The position numbers and the translations under genes are program-made. A DNA stretch of 56,665 bases, filler included, from Sluysia triapertura (taxonomy: Eukaryota), in assembly GCA_046118255.1 (NCBI GenBank). It is 4 parts of 4 records of this genome, joined end to end, with 100 filler letters (N's around TTAATTAATTAA, not from the genome) between each part and the next. Parts side by side here need not be neighbours in the genome. Positions count along the whole stretch, not along the records: positions 45,683 to 56,665 come from JBJNIA010190619.1; 3 more parts are not named here. The stretch is one strand, 5' to 3'. The notes beneath the pieces are model-generated. The model saw nothing but the letters and a program-made list of their open reading frames with translations, was not told where the DNA came from and made no database searches. This document shows positions 50,333 to 56,665 of the stretch, piece after piece (within the stretch, counting starts at the first letter, position 1; each line of letters starts with the position of its first letter).

Positions 50333-51465
50333 TAACAAATATAAAATGCGAAAATTTGTTTATTACTTCCTCCATTATAGAAAAAATACTTGTTAATTTT
50401 TTATCACTTAATTAACTAATATTTTAATTCATTTATACATTCATATTCATTTGTTTGACAGTTGTATTGCATTAGTTTTTCATTTCGATATTAATAAAAT
50501 TGTGTGTTTTCGTTCTTACGGTACTATCGTCTAATTTGGCGAGTTTACTTTTATTTTTTTTGTTTTAGAACAATTTCTTTCTTAAAATACTGAGATATTT
50601 TATTTTATGTATAATTCTTTAACACAGTCATAGTACAAAGGTAAGAGTTTCAAGAGTAACTTCTAAAGTAGGAGCGAATAATTAAATCGTTGTTATAGGT
50701 TAATAAAAGTTACAAAAGGTCATTTTCTATCAAACCTTACATATTATTGTACTTAATAAATAAATAAATAAGCAAAACATCTCCAACAAAGTCAACTTCT
50801 GCTGAAGGAGTTGTACGCAGTGATGTGCTTATTACTTTTACACATAATGCTTTGTTTGTAATCAAATAAGTGCACCACAATTGACAGAATATTAGGGAAC
50901 ATTAATATATTAAAAATTTAACTAAGAATTTTATAAATTATTAACTTTATTTAATAAGACTGATACATGTTACTAAATAAAAAAATAAGTGTTGTGCATA
51001 AATATAGCCAAAGTAAATTAATTTCAAAATGTTATCTTTGTTCTTCTGATTAATTTTATCAGTTAATTAATAACGCTACGATAATAAATCTATATATAAA
51101 AACTAACCCAATCCAGAATGTCCAAAAGAAAACACACACGAATCTTTGCCACGAAATAATTCAATAATTGTATTAGTTAACGTTTGTGTTGTTAAAACAT
51201 TCTGAAATTATACAATGTACAATATACAAATAATTGATTGTCAAAAAGCTTTTTCAAAAAACATCAATTTAATTAGATATTTAATTATTATTTAGGATTT
51301 TAATGTTTGTATAATAAGCCAACTTAAATGAAAATGAAAATGAGTTTTTAAGCAATCATCACACAGGAAATACAATGTTTAATTTAAGCTTAAAATTAAG
51401 TCTTACAAATTATCTTTTATTATTCTTCTTAGTCGTATTAATAAATGAAAAAGCAATTACAAGCC

Positions 51466-51466
<1 letters not shown>

Positions 51467-51519
<53 letters not shown>

Positions 51520-51520
51520 T
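51467..51520. repeat. (AAT)n microsatellite
   Basis: Direct inspection. Confidence 0.95.
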
Positions 51521-51641
51521 AATGATAATAATTTAATAATTATAATGATGATGATGAGTTTATACTAAAGGTGAATAATTTAGCATTTTTTTCTCAATTC
51601 ATGTTTTCACTTTTCGAATAATAATTGTTAAATTTATTTAG

Positions 51642-51770
51642 CGGTATAATTTTCCTTCAACTCGTCCTACATCTAAATATACAAATAAGTATACACAAAA
51701 TCGTGGTAGAAATAGTGTTAATAACATTAAACTAGTGAGACCACCTGTGATCCAAGTCTTACGCACTTAA
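51642..51770 (+). CDS. Candidate terminal exon of an unidentified gene
   Basis: Acceptor TATTTAG, then RYNFPSTRPTSKY...LVRPPVIQVLRT*. Higher GC than the flanks. Confidence 0.3.
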   Translation, partial: RYNFPSTRPTSKYTNKYTQNRGRNSVNNIKLVRPPVIQVLRT

Positions 51771-51929
51771 GAGCTTTTAACACGATTTTTATAAAAGAAA
51801 ATTATTGAGGTCAACTTGTAAGGTGAATGATTAGTGATCAGTCTAAGACTCGTTACAAAACTTGGTTTCTCGTCCTTTTTTAAAAGTGGGACGTACGAAG
51901 ATCTATTAAAAATGGGTCCGAGTTTAAAT

Positions 51930-52021
51930 TGCTGTGGTTTTTCTAACACTTAACCTAGGGCAAAATATTTTCCAGCAAGGTCCGGTTACACTAAACGTAT
52001 AGTTGGCGTTCCTGTAACTAG
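51930..52021 (-). repeat. Family B arm
   Basis: TGCTGTGGTTTT...GGTCCGGTTACACTAAACG...GTTGGCGTTCCTGTAACTA is the reverse complement of the 34263 arm. Confidence 0.75.
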
Positions 52022-52249
52022 ATAATTTAATAAATACTTCGAAGCTACAAATCGATTTAATGCTTGTTAAATACCTAAGGGTCTTTTTACACAATACTTC
52101 TTTAAACAATGTTTATCTTAATATTATTAACAATGAAATAAAACCACAAATGCATATCTTTATTTTTCAATGGTTTACAAAAATTATAGAATTTTAAAAT
52201 GATAAAATTGTTTGTAAAGATTATAGTTAAAACTTTTTATTAATAATTT

Positions 52250-52690
52250 AGTTTACTTATATTTTGCCCATCAATATATCGGAGAAACTTAACTTTTTTC
52301 TTTTAAAAAATTATATTTGCATGTATTTTAAGATACTGACTGGTATCACCTTACAAGAAAAACTTACGTTTAGCATGGAATTGATGAAAATATTTTCAAA
52401 ATTAATCTCTAAAATCCTTGAAAACCTAATTCAACTAAAAATTTAAAGTGGCTGACTGAATTTAAAAATTTAAATTCAAAATGGCGATTCTCAATAAACG
52501 GATGCTAATACTAGTCATCAGCCAATGCTTTCCTAGAATTTATGAATTTTCTAAATCATTATAATGAATAAAAATTTTAGTCTGAACTGCATTGCCTTGA
52601 AAAATTGTGTTACATTATGATTGGGACTCAATTGGTGCCAATCAAAATCAATGACGATTTTCGACAATTCCAAACATTCTAGAATTTTCC
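52250..52690. repeat. Dispersed repeat family D, copy 2
   Basis: Colinear with 49840-50160. Contains CAAAATGGCG and two CCAAT motifs. Confidence 0.75.
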
Positions 52691-52887
52691 ATTTCTCTTT
52701 TAGAAAATATTATTTTTTGGAAAATAATTTTCTTTTTTAGAAATTTTGTAATTTTAAACGTTTTACGCAAGCTATTATTATTTAAATAATTATTAAATTA
52801 TTATATTCTGAAAAATTTAAAATCTAAAAATCCCAAAAAATGTTAATGTTATTTACTGCCTCGACAATAATAATAATATAAAATAAC

Positions 52888-53073
52888 CAAAGGTTCTGAG
52901 CCACTCAATATTGAATCAAAAGGAAATAGATTTATGTGGTTGTTTCCAACTTGATTAGACCTTCTAGAAGGTGTAGGATCAATAAGTCCAATGCAACTTT
53001 GTTGTTTATTGATAGTTATACAACTAGTAGAATTAACATCTTTCAGTTCTTGTATCTTAAGAATCACTTTAAT
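52888..53073 (-). CDS. Internal exon encoding the start of a kinesin motor domain, KIF26/kinesin-11-like
   Basis: AG/GT-bounded 62-codon exon IKVILKIQ...SCITINKQQSCIGLIDP...NLFPFDSILSGSEPL, similar to KIF26 VKVMLRI...KQITLYDP...KMFAFDAVF. Other exons not located. Confidence 0.6.
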
Positions 53074-53077
53074 CTAA

Positions 53078-53117
<40 letters not shown>

Positions 53118-53128
53118 TGAAAATATTA

Positions 53129-53603
53129 CTACCTCTGTTCAAAAATGATTGTCTCATTTGGCATTTGTTACTAACTTAATAATATAAGATGACAATGAGT
53201 CATTTGTATATGAACAACAGAGAATCTTAAAATCATAAAGTAATTTATGGCAAGTAAAATTGTTCAGTTTATAATAATTTTATAAATAACTAGCAACTTC
53301 TGAAATTTGTAATTTTTGGCTCTGTACTGAAATAACCCGCTGCTATTTTCTTTGCAGTCCATATAACTTTAAATAATGGAAATCAAACGTTCTGGAGTAC
53401 AGTACAGAAATTTAGGTGACGAAGAGAGGAATATCATCCTGTAATAAAAGAAAAATTGCCAAAATGAACAATTATTACGAGAGATATGTAATATAATTTG
53501 TAATAAAATATTTTCATAAATAAAAAAAAGTTGTCCAAAGCGAAATTGATGTTAATATATTGTTGATAAAACTAACGAGACAATCACTTTTGAGCGGAGG
53601 TAG
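53129..53603. mobile_element. Stowaway-like Tc1/mariner MITE, 475 bp
   Basis: 27-bp TIRs CTACCTC(T/C)G(T/C)TCAAAA(A/G)TGATTGTCTC (24/27), flanked by TA on both sides. Confidence 0.9.
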
Positions 53604-53917
53604 TATAATTTAAAATAAAATTAAAATTAATCGCTGCAATTAATTATTATTTTATAACTAAAACAATTAATATGAAGCTAGAAACATCTTAAGTTCGGTA
53701 GCTTCAGAGAAATACCTTAAAAATGCAATTACTTTAAGAATAAAACAAAAATAGAATGTTAGAATAGAAAAGATTGGCGATTAAAAGAAAGTTACAATTT
53801 AAAGGGAAAAAACATACGATTTTAGTAAAATAGAAATGAAAAAAAATAAGTACTAGCAAGCACAAGAATGAATAAATAAATAATATTGTTGGAAAAATTA
53901 ACTAATATACAGATCAA

Positions 53918-54190
53918 AGGGTGAGCTCCCGGATCGGGGCACTAAAAAATTTAAAATTATTAGATTTTACAAACAAAGTTTTGTTTTTTCTTTGAATATT
54001 TTTTATTGTTTTTCACCAATTCACGTAATTCCATCATCTAATTCCATAATTTACGTTATCGATGTAGAACAATCATCAAGAATAAAAAGGTGTTTATTTT
54101 ATTTATGAAGTTTTTTTATAGTGACGCTATGATTTTTTATTAAGTTGGGGGCGTCAAAAATAAATAAACTTAAAAAGTTTGCACACGCGT
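53918..54190. repeat. Dispersed repeat family C, second copy
   Basis: Reverse complement of 11890-12061, followed by a GGGGGCGTCAAAA motif of the kind seen in hAT-type MITEs. Confidence 0.7.
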
Positions 54191-55270
54191 GATATAGATG
54201 ATATTGGTGATATAATGATTTTATTAAATGCACTTACGTGATAAAAGGAAATTCACAATATTAGTGGTCGCAGTTTAATATGAGTAAAAAATATTCATAA
54301 CACTTTCATACGTATTGGCAAAAGTACATATTATAATATCTATGGTGATCTGAAACCGAATTAACGAAAATCTAGGTTGTGTATGTTTATATTAGTAATA
54401 TTCGATTAATTTAAAAATCAAATATGTTTATTTTGGCAACAATTACAAATTAAATAAGTTATGAATGACTAAATTCTTAATTTTCAATATTTGTTACACA
54501 ATATTACATCTTCATTTTCGAGTATAATAATGGTTTAAACCCTAGATCTGTTGTGAAGTTTATTTTGAATTAATAAAATTATATTATATTGTGACTTAAA
54601 TAATTAAATTAAATGAACTATTACAATAATTAATAATAATAATAATAATAATTTGTGTTTTTATTCTAAATTTATTACTAATACATATAACTTTAATCGA
54701 TATTAAACATATTTTGTCAATTTAAATTGGTTTCTCACGGTCAACTAAAAATAAGCAAAAAACCCAATTAAAATATCATGTTCTTAAATAATATTTAACC
54801 TTAATAACCAACCAAATGTTATTAATTTACTGAATTACTTTATATTGTAGACAATTAATTAATACTTTAAATTTTAAAATAATTATTGATGATTGTGTTT
54901 AAGAAATTTTTTGTGAATAATTTCTTATTGGTTCTTGAATTATTTGTGAATTAATGTACTTTTAACTTGCTTTAAATTTATTTTTTCATAAAAATAACGT
55001 GCTCTTCATACATGTTTGTAGGGGTCTATCTTCAAATGATCCAAACCACAGTCACATTTTCAGAGAAATTAAATTTCTATACTAATTTCTTCAATAATGG
55101 ATTAAATTTCTGATTTCGAATTTATTTAACTTCTGATTATATGCTTTTAACACATTTCGAATCAATGACGAGATATCTTCTAGATATTTTCTAGTGTGTT
55201 TGATAATTCGTAACGCGAATAAATTGTTCAAACTATTTAAATATTGATAATGACAAAGGAATTAACAATA

Positions 55271-55419
55271 TTTAATGTACAAGCCTAACGTGCCATTTAG
55301 AACAATGATAGTATTGGACGTGGCTGATAGCTCAGTGATCAGAGCATCGAAGTGCACATCTGTGAGATAAAAGGTCCGGATTCGAAACCCTTTCAGTCCA
55401 TTTAATGAGAAGTCTGTCA
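55271..55419 (+). mobile_element. Family A tRNA-containing LTR-like element with the most complete tRNA-like core
   Basis: GGCTGATAGCTCAGTGATCAGAGCATCGAA...GGTCCGGATTCGAAACCCTTTCAGTCCA, preceded by the family upstream segment and followed by TTTAATGAGAAGTCTGTCA. Flanks AATA/AATA. Confidence 0.75.
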
Positions 55420-55989
55420 AATATTACAGAACAATTTCCCAAATGTACAAATAAAATAAATTAAAAATAACATTTAGATATCAGAAATCAATTATTTTTA
55501 AGTGTGAAAACTTATTCAGTAATTCAACATTCCAAATCAAAATAAACAATATTCGGCACTCCAACTATCCCAAGCTACTACTAAAATTTATAAACAAGCA
55601 AAATAAAATATCCCTTTTATCCAAAAATTCTTTTAATTCTTTTCTATAATAATTTCTCTCTTTAATTTCAGTATGTAGTCAATTTTACTCCATATTTTGA
55701 CATGTCATTTTCTTTATTGTAGTTATATTTACATCCACTTTAATTATATATTTATATGCCTCTTATTAATAATTCGAGTCTTTGCTGTTTTCATGATAAA
55801 CTCTATTTTTCAGTTATGTTTTTCTTTCATTATTTTTCAAGTGTAATTTCGAAATATATCTTTCCTATTTTCAAATTTATAAGTCTTTATTGAGTTCATT
55901 CAAGTTCTTATTTTGTAAAATTATTTATTTTAAGAATTACGTTATTTTAGAAATTATAAAATAAGAATTAGATATCACAAACGACAAAT

Positions 55990-56480
55990 TTAATACAAAT
56001 GTTCAAAATGTCCACCTTGAACTTCAATACAAGCACATCTTTTGACAATATTGCGACAAGTATTCTCTGAAATTTGGTTTCATTCGAGCTAAATACTTTG
56101 TTTTAGTTGATCGATTGTCCTGAATTTTTTAGAACTCCCACATAAACTAATCAGGCGGAGTCAGATCCAAGGATCGGACAGGTCATTTGATTGGTTCAAT
56201 ACAACACCATTGTCCAACATCCATCTTGTTGAAAGTGAAGATCACCGAAATAGGGGAAAACTCATTAACAAGAGGAAACACTTTAGTCTTCAGTATATCA
56301 AGGTAACGTTCACCATTAACAGTTTCTTCAATTTTGAATACAAGATTAAACATTGTCGACTTACTAGGTACAGGTGTTATGAAGTTTGCTTCCCATCTAT
56401 TTTCAACATGTTTGTAGCTAGTCCTTGCATAGAAATTCTTAATAACGAAGATACGTTCGTTTAAATCTAAAGTCCTTCGC
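55990..56480 (-). mobile_element. Internally deleted mariner-like (DD37D/DD41D-type) transposase
   Basis: N-terminal HTH (ERIFVIKNFY...PSKSTM...KIEET) joined directly to VNGERYLDIL, then PVRSLDLTPPD*FMW and a GGHFEH-encoding tail. Confidence 0.88.
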
Positions 56481-56665
56481 TGTATTTTTAAGAATGAGGG
56501 TCCAGAAGCGCATGTTGAACAAAAATCAAGCAATGATGTAAGAACAAAATCAAGATCACGCAATAAAAGTCTACTATTCGCAGAAGGAAATGAATAGTAG
56601 CGAAGATAACATAAAATGACATAAAGGAAATTACATTTGTCGTTTTTGATATCTAATTTTTATTT

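Noticed and set aside
55322-55400. Functional tRNA gene
   Set aside because: Irregular anticodon arm and broken T-stem. It is one of many divergent copies sharing non-tRNA flanks.

Overview
Very AT-rich animal genomic DNA, not prokaryotic. It is at least four contigs joined by artificial 100-nt N-TTAATTAATTAA-N linkers, plus two plain N gaps. Most introns are tiny (30-45 nt) and the innexin is of the flatworm/lophotrochozoan type, so a compact lophotrochozoan parasite such as an orthonectid or flatworm is plausible (inference only). Supported genes: a 9-exon HMGXB4 homologue; a 4-exon ALKBH7 whose 4.1-kb third intron holds an antisense, intronless innexin; a class A GPCR with a very long third intracellular loop and a deleted TM7; and isolated exons of TACC and a KIF26-like kinesin. 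The rest is mostly transposon debris (gypsy, piggyBac, Tc1/mariner, hAT and Stowaway-like MITEs, LINE) and AAT/AGT microsatellites. Two systems stand out. (1) A cassette present twice: gypsy-type LTR, then two ~60-nt hairpins, then a decayed ~500-codon orphan ORF. The hairpins show compensatory base changes between copies, and their G-U pairs point to a structured RNA antisense to the ORF. (2) A dispersed ~140-190-bp family with TGTT...AACA ends, apparent 4-bp target duplications and an internal tRNA-derived Pol III promoter, which looks like tRNA-carrying solo LTRs rather than an ordinary SINE.
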